Shown here: positions 46,647-56,402 of the stretch, one piece after another | How positions within the stretch are numbered: position 1 is the first letter of the stretch | Layout: each line of letters opens with the position of its first letter | Assembly: GCA_030149525.1 (NCBI GenBank) | Contig: JASBRJ010000049.1 | Coordinates: 9,019 to 73,018, forward strand | DNA: 64,000 nucleotides | Source: a bacterium | GTDB lineage: Bacteria > Vulcanimicrobiota > Xenobia > Xenobiales > JADMJV01 | Direction of reading: 5' to 3' | Position numbers and translations under genes: made by a program | The notes under the pieces: model-generated | The model's input: only the letters and a program-made list of their open reading frames with translations | What the model was told of the DNA's origin: nothing | Database searches by the model: none

Positions 46647-47792
46647 ATGGACTTTTCCCTTTCCGAAGAACAGACACAAATCCAGCAAGTCGCCCGTGAC
46701 TTCGCCCGTAATGAGATTCTCCCCCGAGCGGCCCACTACGATGAGACCGCCGAGTTTCCAACGCCCATCGTGAATCAAGCGCGGGAACTGGGATTCACCG
46801 CTCTCAACGTCCCGGTAGAATTCGGTGGAGCCGGGCTGGGAGCCCTGGAGATCGCCATCGTGGCGGAGGAACTTGCCTATGCCTGCGCCGGAATTTGTAC
46901 CTGCATCACTCTTAACAGCCTCATAGCCGACGCCGTCGATCTTGGCTGCAACGAGAACCAGAAGAAACGCGCTTATGAGATCCTGAGCAAAGGCTTCGGT
47001 GCGTACTGTTTAACAGAACCAGGTGCAGGCTCAGATGCCGCCGCCTTGGCCACCCGAGCCGAGCGCACCGAGCGCGGTTATCGCCTCAACGGGAGCAAAA
47101 CCTGGATAAGCCATGCCCCTCAAGCCGAGATTATGGTCGTTTTTGCCAAGACAGATACCGACAAAGCTCACCAGGGGATCAGTGCTTTTTTAGTCGACCC
47201 CAAAGCCCCCGGAGTTAACGTGGGGAAACCGCTCCCTAAGATGGGCCAGAAAGCGTCTCCTTGCGCGGAGGTCACCTTCGACAACGTAGAACTCGAGAAA
47301 GAGGCTCTCATGGGTGCCGAAGGAGAAGGCTTTAAACTCGCCATGAAGGTCTTCGACCGCTCTCGACCGATGGTCGCTTCGGTGGGCGTGGGAGTCTCTC
47401 GCCGTTGCTTGGAGGAGGCCACTCGGTACGCCACTCAGAGAAAGACCATGGGAGTGCCCATCGCCTCTCACCAAGCCGTGGGCTTCAAGCTTGCCGAAAT
47501 GGGCATGAAAACGGAGGCTGCCCGACAACTGGTAAGGCTCGCCGCCTGGAAACTTGAATCCGGCAAGAACTGCACCTTGGAGGCCGCCTATGCCAAAGCG
47601 TTCGCCGCCGACACCGCCATGGAAAGCGCAATCGAAGCCGTCCAGGTGTTCGGAGGCTACGGCTACAGCAAGGAGTATCCGGCAGAAAAATTGATGCGAG
47701 ACGCTAAAGTTCTTCAAATCTACGAAGGCACCAGCGAGATCCAAAGAGCCATCATGACTCGGGAACTCACCAAACTTTACGGGGCACGATAA
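46647..47792 (+). CDS. Acyl-CoA dehydrogenase
   Basis: LTEPGAGSD, NGSKTWIS, KMGQKAS, GGYGY, IYEGTSEIQR. Confidence 0.96.
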   Translation: MDFSLSEEQTQIQQVARDFARNEILPRAAHYDETAEFPTPIVNQARELGFTALNVPVEFGGAGLGALEIAIVAEELAYACAGICTCITLNSLIADAVDLGCNENQKKRAYEILSKGFGAYCLTEPGAGSDAAALATRAERTERGYRLNGSKTWISHAPQAEIMVVFAKTDTDKAHQGISAFLVDPKAPGVNVGKPLPKMGQKASPCAEVTFDNVELEKEALMGAEGEGFKLAMKVFDRSRPMVASVGVGVSRRCLEEATRYATQRKTMGVPIASHQAVGFKLAEMGMKTEAARQLVRLAAWKLESGKNCTLEAAYAKAFAADTAMESAIEAVQVFGGYGYSKEYPAEKLMRDAKVLQIYEGTSEIQRAIMTRELTKLYGAR

Positions 47793-47808
47793 AGAAAGCT
47801 TTCTCGAG

Positions 47809-47877
47809 CAGGCTGATGCAGAACTTTTCCGGCGACCGGACGTGATGCTCGAACAGTAGAGTTTTGCATCAGCCCTG
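47809..47877. mobile_element. 69-bp short member of the arsC MITE family
   Basis: CAGGCTGATGCAGAAC...GTTTTGCATCAGCCCTG. Internal GAACTTTTCCGGCGACCGG matches GAACTTTTCTGGCGACGGG of the 23699 element. Flanks are CGAG / CTAG. Confidence 0.8.
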
Positions 47878-48465
47878 CTAGACTGCGAACGCCTCTCGAA
47901 ACTTCTTCCACAGGTCAGCGTCGCCCAGGACCGTCGGTTCCGAGGTGCTGTTTCGAAGAATAAAAAAGCTGAAAAACTCTTCTTCAGTCAAGGTTACCAG
48001 CAGTTCCGGTGCTGCCGCCCGGCCGATCGTCACGTCGAGTTTCTCGGGACAGCAGTTCAAAGTGTAGAGCTTGTTCTCCACCCTGATTTCCACGCAGCAG
48101 TTCAGAGACCGGTCGTATCGCCGTTTCAATGAGATCATGGCCCAATCCACATTCCTGCGGTGGCCTTTCTTGCGAGTCGAAAGAAGAGGTTGCCCCCAGG
48201 CTCCTAATGCCAGAACCACCGCCTCCAACTCTCGACCCCGGTCGGTGAGACGATAGGCTTGCTCGCTCTTCTCGATCAATCCGTCGTCCCGCATGGCTTT
48301 GAGTCTGGAGGCCAAAAGGTTGGTGGTCATTCCGTGAAGATTCTCCAGCAACTCGCTGTATCGCCGTGGCCCCAACAACAGTTCCCGAACGATGAGCAAG
48401 GTCCATCGACCTCCCACCACGTCCAGGGCCCGAGCCAGTCCACAATGTTGTTGATAAGATTTCAT
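47878..48465 (-). CDS. HxlR-family winged-helix regulator with an SCP2-like C-terminal domain
   Basis: CGLARALDVVGGRWTLLIVRELL, RYSEL, YRLTDRG. Confidence 0.9.
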   Translation of the reverse strand: MKSYQQHCGLARALDVVGGRWTLLIVRELLLGPRRYSELLENLHGMTTNLLASRLKAMRDDGLIEKSEQAYRLTDRGRELEAVVLALGAWGQPLLSTRKKGHRRNVDWAMISLKRRYDRSLNCCVEIRVENKLYTLNCCPEKLDVTIGRAAAPELLVTLTEEEFFSFFILRNSTSEPTVLGDADLWKKFREAFAV

Positions 48466-48514
48466 GAATAGCTTTACTTTTTGTTAGTCCTAAGGTAGAT
48501 TTTCTATTAACACT

Positions 48515-49210
48515 ATGATGCCAGAAGTCCCCCTTTGGATACCAACCTTTTTTGCTGTTCTAGCCGTTTGCCTGTCCCTGGTTCTGCCCTGGGCTTTGCG
48601 GCGGACTTCCCCCGGAGCCTCCGCTGCGGCCGCTTCCCTTTTGTCTTTGGGATGGCTCGGCTTCACCGGCCTTTTGGCCTACACCGGACGCCTCCACGAC
48701 TTCCGGTCCTTACCGCCCCCCATGGCGTTGCTGCTTGCCGCCATGGCCGTGGGCAGCGTTCTTCTGTGCCTATCTCCTTGGGGGAAACAACTGGCCGACC
48801 GATGCACCTTTGCGGGTCTGGTGGGGCTGCAAACCTTCCGTCTCCCCCTGGAATTGGTGATGCATCAGGCCGCCGTTCATCACCTCATGCCCCCGCAGAT
48901 GAGCTATACGGGCAGAAATTTCGATATTGTGACTGGAATCACGGCGCTCTGTCTTGGCATCGCATTAAAAAAGAATGCCAATCTCTCGAGAAAGCTTATC
49001 TGGCTCTGGAACATCCTTGGAACGGCTCTGCTTTTCAACATCGTCACTATCGCCATTCTTTCTCTGCCCATGCCGTTCAGAGTTTTCACCAACGAACCCG
49101 CCAACGTTTGGGTCACCTATTTCCCTTACGTCTGGCTCCCGTGTGTGATGGTCGCCGCAGCTTTCATAGGCCATCTGCTAATTTTCCGCAAACTCTTGAC
49201 CTCACAATAG
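48515..49210 (+). CDS. Multi-pass membrane protein, divergent from the HxlR regulator
   Basis: About 7 TM helices; LQTFR, GRNFDIVTG, WNILG, FPYVWLP. Confidence 0.8.
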   Translation: MMPEVPLWIPTFFAVLAVCLSLVLPWALRRTSPGASAAAASLLSLGWLGFTGLLAYTGRLHDFRSLPPPMALLLAAMAVGSVLLCLSPWGKQLADRCTFAGLVGLQTFRLPLELVMHQAAVHHLMPPQMSYTGRNFDIVTGITALCLGIALKKNANLSRKLIWLWNILGTALLFNIVTIAILSLPMPFRVFTNEPANVWVTYFPYVWLPCVMVAAAFIGHLLIFRKLLTSQ

Positions 49211-49346
49211 AGTTTGCAAGGACCCGGCAGGGGAGACGCGCTCAGCGCATCTCGTGACCCGTTTAACGTTTCTCGTGACCGGGATTTTACGTCTCTTTGA
49301 CAGTGTCTCGATAATCTGGTCTCAGATAATCGAAGAGGAACCGGAC

Positions 49347-49655
49347 ATGCTGTCAATCATCTGCAATCTCAAATTCTGCTACAAGTTTTTCCAAGAGGAG
49401 AACTTCGCCGCCCTTTCCGACAGCCAGTTCGAGCGCTTCGAGCGAAGCCTTGAGTCCACCGAGAAGATGATTGAGCGCCAACGCAAGGCCATCATGCTGA
49501 CTCTGCTTAGCCAGCCAGGCCAAAGCCACGACACTCTCCACCAAGCCATGGACAGCCTGGAGAAGCTCTCGAAATTGGCCGGTCAATTCTGGAGTCAGGA
49601 ACTGGAGGCCAACTTTCTGGCCCAACTGGAAGACGCTGCGCTAAGCCTCGCCTAG
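49347..49655 (+). CDS. Small helical hypothetical protein
   Basis: GAGGA RBS before ATG 49347; coiled-coil-like sequence. Confidence 0.55.
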   Translation: MLSIICNLKFCYKFFQEENFAALSDSQFERFERSLESTEKMIERQRKAIMLTLLSQPGQSHDTLHQAMDSLEKLSKLAGQFWSQELEANFLAQLEDAALSLA

Positions 49656-50987
49656 GCGCTCTTGGTGAGCTTTACGCTGCCAGGCTTCGGTGCCGCCGGC
49701 CTCTCGAAGAGCCTCTCTGAGTTCTGTCAATTTTTCCCTATCGCGGGGATGGGTCAGGATCTCCAGGCTGCTTTCGATCAACCGTTGGGTGGCGTAGTAG
49801 ACCGAGAGAGCGCGCTTCGGCGGCAGTGCATCCATCATTGAGAGAGCACTTTCGAGCATGTGGAAAGTAACGTTCCGGTCTTTTGAGACATAGGGCCGGA
49901 GCTTATCCCAGCAATCGAAAAGGAGTGTCTCGAAGTCGCTGCGGGGAGCCATCAAAACGATTTTGCCGTCTTGATCGGATCTGTATATCGAGGGGGCAGA
50001 GCGCTTGCCGATTCGCAGAAAAACCGCACTCAGCCAATCGATACAAGACATAGCCGTAAAAGGGTCGTTCACACCTGGGGAGAGGGCGCGTGCAGCGATA
50101 TCGATCAGCTTGTTGATCAAAAAACGGATATCCTGGGTGGGCGAGCGCTCTCTTCCGATGAGAAAGGTTGCCTCGAAGTTCCGGTCCTGAGAATCCTCTC
50201 CACCATAGACCTGACCCAAGATCATGGACTTCGCCACAAAAGCGCCCGGCTCCACGTCCAATTTCACAAGAGCGTTGTCTTGAGAAGCTCGAGAGACCAG
50301 GGTGCCGTACTCGATACTCTGGATGTATCCGGAGGTAGGCGCACGGAGAATATATGTCGGCTTGTCCAGAGACGGCAAGTCGATAACCGTTCCTTCCTCC
50401 GGTGGCTCTTCAGAAAAAAGACGGTCCGCCTGCTGTTCCAACTGATTCCCGATGTCGGCCACCACATGATAAACATGGATCGACTCCGGAATGTGGTGAA
50501 TAAAATAGATCAGAACTCCGAGGCTGGCCAGGGCCAGGCCTACCGCAAGGGCCATAGAGCCGTAGGGAACAAATCCCACCCCCTCGTCAGAACCTCTCAC
50601 CGTTCTTAAGACCAGCAGACAATACAAAAGTGTGGAAATGAAGGTCCCGAGGGTGATCTGATTGCCCTGGTCCTCCATAAAATTATCGATGATTCGAGGG
50701 CCAAACTGTCCTGAGGCGTAGGCTACCGCGGCAATGGTGATGGAGAAAGTGACACCCGCCACTCCAATCATAGAGCCCGCAATGGTAAAAAGGATGGCCC
50801 GCGCGCCGTCTGAGCGAGTGGCGAAGAGAAACTCCCAGTAGTCGATCCAGTCGCTCCCTATGCTTCGGTCCATGTAGAGGGTCAATTGAGAGAGTAGAAG
50901 TGCGGCAACCGCCATGAAACTGGGGATAAACCAATAGCTGCCGCGAATCTGGCGCCATGTCTCCCTGAGCCATCCCTTGAAAACCAT
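49641..50987 (-). CDS. DUF2254 family membrane protein
   Basis: SYWFIP, AGSMIGVAGVTFS, SGQFGPR, LGTF, DIAARALSPGVNDPFTA. Confidence 0.9.
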   Translation of the reverse strand: MVFKGWLRETWRQIRGSYWFIPSFMAVAALLLSQLTLYMDRSIGSDWIDYWEFLFATRSDGARAILFTIAGSMIGVAGVTFSITIAAVAYASGQFGPRIIDNFMEDQGNQITLGTFISTLLYCLLVLRTVRGSDEGVGFVPYGSMALAVGLALASLGVLIYFIHHIPESIHVYHVVADIGNQLEQQADRLFSEEPPEEGTVIDLPSLDKPTYILRAPTSGYIQSIEYGTLVSRASQDNALVKLDVEPGAFVAKSMILGQVYGGEDSQDRNFEATFLIGRERSPTQDIRFLINKLIDIAARALSPGVNDPFTAMSCIDWLSAVFLRIGKRSAPSIYRSDQDGKIVLMAPRSDFETLLFDCWDKLRPYVSKDRNVTFHMLESALSMMDALPPKRALSVYYATQRLIESSLEILTHPRDREKLTELREALREAGGTEAWQRKAHQERLGEA

Positions 50988-51064
50988 ACCCCTATCTTGG
51001 GACTTGGGCCGGAGGGGAAACACGACCCATGGCCGACTCCGACGCTATACCAAGGGATACAATC

Positions 51065-53353
51065 TTAAGCCATTTCTGCCAGAAAGAAAGAGCCGCCTTT
51101 CGGACTGGCTAACACCGCACACGACTTGGTGCACCGTGTCAGGCCCACATGGAGAATTCTTCTCTCCTCTTCTTCGTCTTCGGCCAGTCGGTGCGGGAAC
51201 AGGCCGTTATCCACCCCGTAGATGAGAACTCGCGGCCATTCCAAGCCTTTCACCCGATGAATACTTGAAAGACGTATCCCGGACTCAGCGCCCTGAGGAC
51301 GCTCGAGATGCTGGTAGAGCCACTCCTCAAAATCGTCTTCACGGCAAAGATGAGCCAACTGTTCCAGGGCGATGAGATCGTCTTGATGACTCGCCCCTGC
51401 CGACCCCAAGCCCACCGAATCCAGCTGATCCAGGGCGCCGGAAAACTCCGTCTCTTGCCTGAGAGCTCGAAAAAAGGCGGCATCGCTCTTTTCCAAGCGA
51501 CGATTGAGGAAGGTGAGATCAGCCAGGAACTCTTCGAGCTGAGATGAGGCCCACTCATCCTTGAGCCTTGTCATGTAGCGCCGAAGAGCTTTCCGAGAGC
51601 CACACTCACTGGCTTGCTCGATGTACTCACGACGAAGCTTGCGGTTGGGTCGCTTCAGGGCATCGGCCAGATCATCGGCCGACATGTCGTGGGGATGAAG
51701 ACAGAGTCTGCGATAAGCCAACGCCGATCTCACACCGGTTCGATAGAGGATAGAGGTGTCTACCACTTTATTATGAGGAATCTTGTTCTCCGCCAGAGCG
51801 ACTTGGAGGGGAAGCAAGAGAGCGTTCACCCTGGACAGAACGGCAATCTCCGTGGGCTCATGATGTTGCAGCCAGCCTTGAATGACTTCTAAAGCCTTAT
51901 TGCTCCAATTCTGTTGATCGGCTGCCACCAGCAAAGGGGGCTCCCCCTGTCGTTGATGGGCAGTGATGTCTTTGTCCACTCTTTTTTTATTTTCGCTCAG
52001 AAGCCGAGCCGCCGCTCTCACCACACCCTTGGGACACCTGTAGTTTGTCTCCAGGGCATAGGTGGATGAGCCGGGGAAGTATTCTGCGAACTTGATCAGA
52101 TATTCGGGGGTGGCACCTGCATAACCGTAGATAACCTGATCGTCGTCGCCGACTCCGAACACCTGATAAGCGGGGGCCGATAGGAGCCGGATAAGCAGCA
52201 AGAAGGCCGGAGTAAGATCTTGAAACTCGTCCACCAACATATGGCTGCAAAAGCTCTGAGCTGTTTTGCGAACGGCGGGTTCGCTGAGGAGCAACTCGAT
52301 AGCCCCGTAGATCTGCTCGTCATGATCGACCAGGTTGAGCTGCTTGAGCTTGTTCCGATAGCGACCGAAGGCCGCGGCAAATCCGGGAACGTCGTCTCTG
52401 CGAGCCTCCACTTCAGCAGGTTCCAGCAAACCCAGTCGCACCTCCTGAAGGGCGTCCAGATAGGGCTGATAGGGGTCGGTGTTGAGTTGGGGGGAAACCT
52501 GAATGAGGCTTTTTAGAATTCCTCTCACCTGTTGGGGGGAAGCCAATTTTACCCCCCATGCCTTTCTTTGCAGCCCGTACCCCAAAGAGTGGAGAGTGCG
52601 AATGGAAAGCCTGCCGTGTCCCAACCTTTCTTGCATTTCTGCGGCCGCTCGTTTGTTGTAGGCCACAGCGGTGATCGACTCCGGCTCAACGCCTCGTTTC
52701 AGGAGATGGCGAAATCGATGAGTGAGAACTCTCGTTTTCCCCGAACCGGCAGGCGCAAGAATGCGGGCTCCTCCCCCCTTGTGAACCACCGCCTTGGACT
52801 GGTCTTCGGCCAAATCGAGAGTCGATTGCGTATCGGGCATGGTCAGGGTGAGTCTGCCTTTCAGCAAAGACTCCCGATGGATAACGGGAAAAGGCAGGTC
52901 CGTCCGTGGCCCTCCGTCACACCACCGGGCACCTTCAAGCTCAACATCGGCAACTGGGCACTCTTGCGCTCCCAGCCGAAGAGCCAGGCGCTTGTACCAC
53001 CATATCGGTTCACCGCTTGTGGCATCGTAATTATTGGCCCAAACCAGAAACTGGAGGCGCTCCTGACTGAATTCGAAGGTTGGATCCAGTGTGTGGGGCT
53101 CCACCTTCAGGGCTTCGGGTGTCTTGAGGCGCTCTTTGTCAACGGCCAGGCGAATAATGACAGTCTGTCGGGCCAGCCAATGCCCGTGGAGACGTTGAAT
53201 AAGGTCGTGGGGATGAAGAAGCGTCCGTTCCTCCACTAGAAACATAGGAAGACCGCGAAACGGCTCCGGAATGTCCGCCTCGGGTGGCAAAACCATGCCT
53301 CTCCCAAGCGCTTTGGGGACAGCTAAGCCCGCTATGTTGACACACTCCAGCAC
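51065..53353 (-). CDS. UvrD/PcrA-like SF1 DNA helicase with an N-terminal extension
   Basis: APAGSGKT, YNKRAA, VDEFQD, GDDDQVIY, NYRC, SIHRVKGLEW, EERRILHVGLTR. Start uncertain. Confidence 0.93.
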   Translation of the reverse strand: MLECVNIAGLAVPKALGRGMVLPPEADIPEPFRGLPMFLVEERTLLHPHDLIQRLHGHWLARQTVIIRLAVDKERLKTPEALKVEPHTLDPTFEFSQERLQFLVWANNYDATSGEPIWWYKRLALRLGAQECPVADVELEGARWCDGGPRTDLPFPVIHRESLLKGRLTLTMPDTQSTLDLAEDQSKAVVHKGGGARILAPAGSGKTRVLTHRFRHLLKRGVEPESITAVAYNKRAAAEMQERLGHGRLSIRTLHSLGYGLQRKAWGVKLASPQQVRGILKSLIQVSPQLNTDPYQPYLDALQEVRLGLLEPAEVEARRDDVPGFAAAFGRYRNKLKQLNLVDHDEQIYGAIELLLSEPAVRKTAQSFCSHMLVDEFQDLTPAFLLLIRLLSAPAYQVFGVGDDDQVIYGYAGATPEYLIKFAEYFPGSSTYALETNYRCPKGVVRAAARLLSENKKRVDKDITAHQRQGEPPLLVAADQQNWSNKALEVIQGWLQHHEPTEIAVLSRVNALLLPLQVALAENKIPHNKVVDTSILYRTGVRSALAYRRLCLHPHDMSADDLADALKRPNRKLRREYIEQASECGSRKALRRYMTRLKDEWASSQLEEFLADLTFLNRRLEKSDAAFFRALRQETEFSGALDQLDSVGLGSAGASHQDDLIALEQLAHLCREDDFEEWLYQHLERPQGAESGIRLSSIHRVKGLEWPRVLIYGVDNGLFPHRLAEDEEEERRILHVGLTRCTKSCAVLASPKGGSFFLAEMA

Positions 53354-53403
53354 GCCGGTGTTTTCTTTTGCTCGATCGAGAAACCTCTGCTATCCTTTAC
53401 CCT

Positions 53404-55311
53404 ATGAAGGTCTCACTCGGAAAGAGGATACGTGGAATCTCCCTAATGTCCACTCTCTTACTGGTGACCATCGTGCTCTTGGTGGCCGCCACCATGGCCG
53501 GCGTCTTCACCTTGAATATGAATATTACCCAGCGAGTGTCCAACGGAACCGTCGCGCTCAATGAAGCTGAAGCGGGTATTGCCGAGGTTCTTTATCAGAT
53601 CAGTCGCGACGAGAATGTCAGCAAGACGGAAAACGCTCAACAGCAACCGATCATCGACTGGGGCAAGAACAACGAGACCCTCCGAAGCACCATCACACCC
53701 GGCTATTCCGACGAAGAGGCTTTTCATATCGTCACCTTCGACCCCAGCTCGGAGTTCCCACACTCCACCAACAACACGAGTCTTGACCGCAATAGCGGTT
53801 CATTGGGTCGAACCGTACCGGACGGGCGTCTTCATCTGGTCAGCACGGGCTACTGCTAGGGGCAGTACCGGACGGTAGAATGCGTTGTGGAACGCCCCCC
53901 GTTTCCTTTCGGATTGGCCACCTCCGGGCCCATCAACTCCGAGGATCCCATCGTGGTGAAAGGGGTTAGTAGCATCGCTGAACTCCAATCGGCAAACGAG
54001 GATAGACCCGGTCACCTGGTTTGCAACTCTCCACAGGGAATCACCATCAAAGCCGCCCCCCACGGCTCCGTCACAACTGAGATCTCAGGCTTTGTCAAAT
54101 CCACCGGCCCCGTCAACATTGAGCAACCGGCAGTGGTGCGGGGCGGAATCCGAAGCTTTTCCGACGACAGCACCCTGGCCAATCTGGATGTGACCAAGTT
54201 TAAAAACCAGGGAGAGCCCGGGGTCATCACCTTGATGGACTCAAGCTACGACAAAGAGCAAGAGCTCGACGTAATGTACTACCGCTCGGGCGATCTTCGT
54301 TATCAGCGTTCGGTCCAGCTCAAGAACGCCATGATCTACGTGGATGGTAATCTCACCGTAGACGGCCCGCTCTCGGGTGAAGGCCTGATCGTGGTTAACG
54401 GCAACGCCACCTTCAACTCCGGCACCGCTCTCAGCGGCTCCAATCGAATGGCTGTTCTAGCTAGCGGTGACATCAAGATAGTCGGTAACAACAATTACTT
54501 CACCGGCTTGGTTTACGCCGAAGGAAACTTCAGTGCCAAAGACATCACCATCGTAGGCAACACCATCGTGAATTCGGAGAATCCAGCCAAAGGTCGGGCG
54601 GAGCTTTCCAACGTGACCATCGTCTCCAACGAAGAGACAGGCGATATGACGGTGACCATCACGTCCAGTACGAAGGCCGATGAAGGCTATAGCGGCGGAG
54701 AACTGGAGAACTTCCCGCCCAGCGGTGCGATGAACTTCGACACGGGAGCGACCACGGTAGGAGACTTCGGTGCCAACGATCGAGGGTATGTCGGCCCCGA
54801 GGACGTCGGCAAGAAAGACTCTTTGAAAGGGAATATGAAAACTGCGGTCTGGGACAGAGCAGCTGCGGGCGGGGGCTTCCCTCAGCTTGTCCGACCTATG
54901 GGCCTCGACCCGAGGGTCGCCGGTCTTTGGGATAAGTTGGCCGATATTCTCTCCATCGCAGAAAACTATCACGACGCGGTGAAAGCTGTTGCCGATCAAC
55001 AGGCCAAGGTCGACGGGATGGATAGCCAAGACCCGGACTACCAAGCCGAGAAAGACAAACTTGAGACTCTGAAGACCGCCCTCAATGCAGCCGAGGCCAA
55101 GCAGGGAGAAATGAATGGCAAAATCGACGATTATGTTGAAAGCATCTTCGATGTTATGGGCTCGCGAACCAACAAGAACGGCACCTTCGAAGACGGTATC
55201 CACCCCATGGACATCAGCAAAGATATCCGATTCAACCTGAACGAATACTTGCCTGAGAGCGAAAAGCTCAAAGTCTCTTTCTATCGAGTCTACAACCGCC
55301 GCATGAAGTAG
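53404..55311 (+). pseudogene. PilX/type IV pilus assembly-like protein split by one in-frame TAG (53857-53859)
   Basis: PilX-type N-terminus (RGISLMSTLLLVTIVLL...ALNEAEAGI). Frame reads ...VSTGYC-TAG-GQYRTVECVVERPPFPFG... and stays open to 55311. Confidence 0.7.
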
Positions 55312-55442
55312 TAGCCTGTTCTCAGCCGGCCTCTACTCCCCAAAACTTCGTCAAGAGAAGTTAGGCCGCCACTCACACTGTCTATGTTTCCTCAAGGAGC
55401 CTAAAATCCCGGGTTGAAGTGAAGAGCAAGGAGTTTTCTACC

Positions 55443-56402
55443 ATGAAAAAAGTCGCCGCTCTTTCCGGCCTGTTCGCGCTCTCGGTTCTGTTTCACCCCC
55501 AACCCAGTGAAGGGTGCATCGCCATTCCCGTCCGGCCGGATGACAGCCAACTGGAGATCGCGCTTCCCGAACAACGGGCCTTTCTCTACCGCCAGGGCGA
55601 CACCGAACATATGATTCTTTCCGTTCAGTATAACGGGGCCACAGAAGAGTTTGCCTGGGTCATTCCCACAGAGACGGCGGCCAAGGTCGATGTTCAATCA
55701 GGAGCACCGTTCCACGAGCTCTGGAAAGCCACCAAGCTCAGACCACAGCAAGTCGTGCGAGCCTCACAAGGTGAAGGAGCGGGAGTCAGAGCACCTGCGG
55801 GCGCCGCGGTGGAGGTCATCGAGAGAAAGACGGCCGGACCCTACGATATCGCCGTTCTCAAAGCCAGTTCGGGCGGGGGACTCTACAAATGGCTGAAAGA
55901 CAACGGATTCGGCTTGAACCAGAACACTCGAAACGCCCTCGATGACTACGTTCGTAAGAACTGGTATTTCGTGGCGGCCAGAATCCGCTCCGACAAGACC
56001 TCATCCAGTCGCGAAGCACTCCAGAACGGGACTATTGCTCCCATCCACATAGCCTACAAGGCCAAGAAACTTTCCTACCCTCTCCGTGTCACCCAGGGTA
56101 ACCCTGGAACCTCTGAGATCGAGTTGTTCGTGGTCACCGAGGAGCCGCCTCAACACGCAGGATTGAACGCAACTACATTTCGACTCACCCCGTCCGGCCA
56201 GGGGGAGTTCAAAATCGATGGACCTCCCAATCGAATGTACACTAGCGGAAAGTTTCCCACTCTGAGCAAGCTGATTCCCAAAGGGGGAACTCTCACCAAA
56301 TACAAGGGCCGAATGGGCACCGCTCAACGTCAGCGAGATCTCATCTTCGACTCCGAGGTTACCATGAAGAAACAGGGAGACTGGACGGTTCCCGAGATGT
56401 GA
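55443..56402 (+). CDS. DUF2330 domain secreted protein
   Basis: Signal peptide followed by C; EQRAFL, FAWVIP, GPYDIAVL, WL.DNGF, WYFVAARI, YPLR. Confidence 0.85.
   Translation: MKKVAALSGLFALSVLFHPQPSEGCIAIPVRPDDSQLEIALPEQRAFLYRQGDTEHMILSVQYNGATEEFAWVIPTETAAKVDVQSGAPFHELWKATKLRPQQVVRASQGEGAGVRAPAGAAVEVIERKTAGPYDIAVLKASSGGGLYKWLKDNGFGLNQNTRNALDDYVRKNWYFVAARIRSDKTSSSREALQNGTIAPIHIAYKAKKLSYPLRVTQGNPGTSEIELFVVTEEPPQHAGLNATTFRLTPSGQGEFKIDGPPNRMYTSGKFPTLSKLIPKGGTLTKYKGRMGTAQRQRDLIFDSEVTMKKQGDWTVPEM

Noticed and set aside
53857-53859. Genome-wide reassignment of TAG (alternative genetic code)
   Set aside because: TAG terminates many clear genes in this window (e.g. at 3504, 10601, 27517, 47878, 55311).
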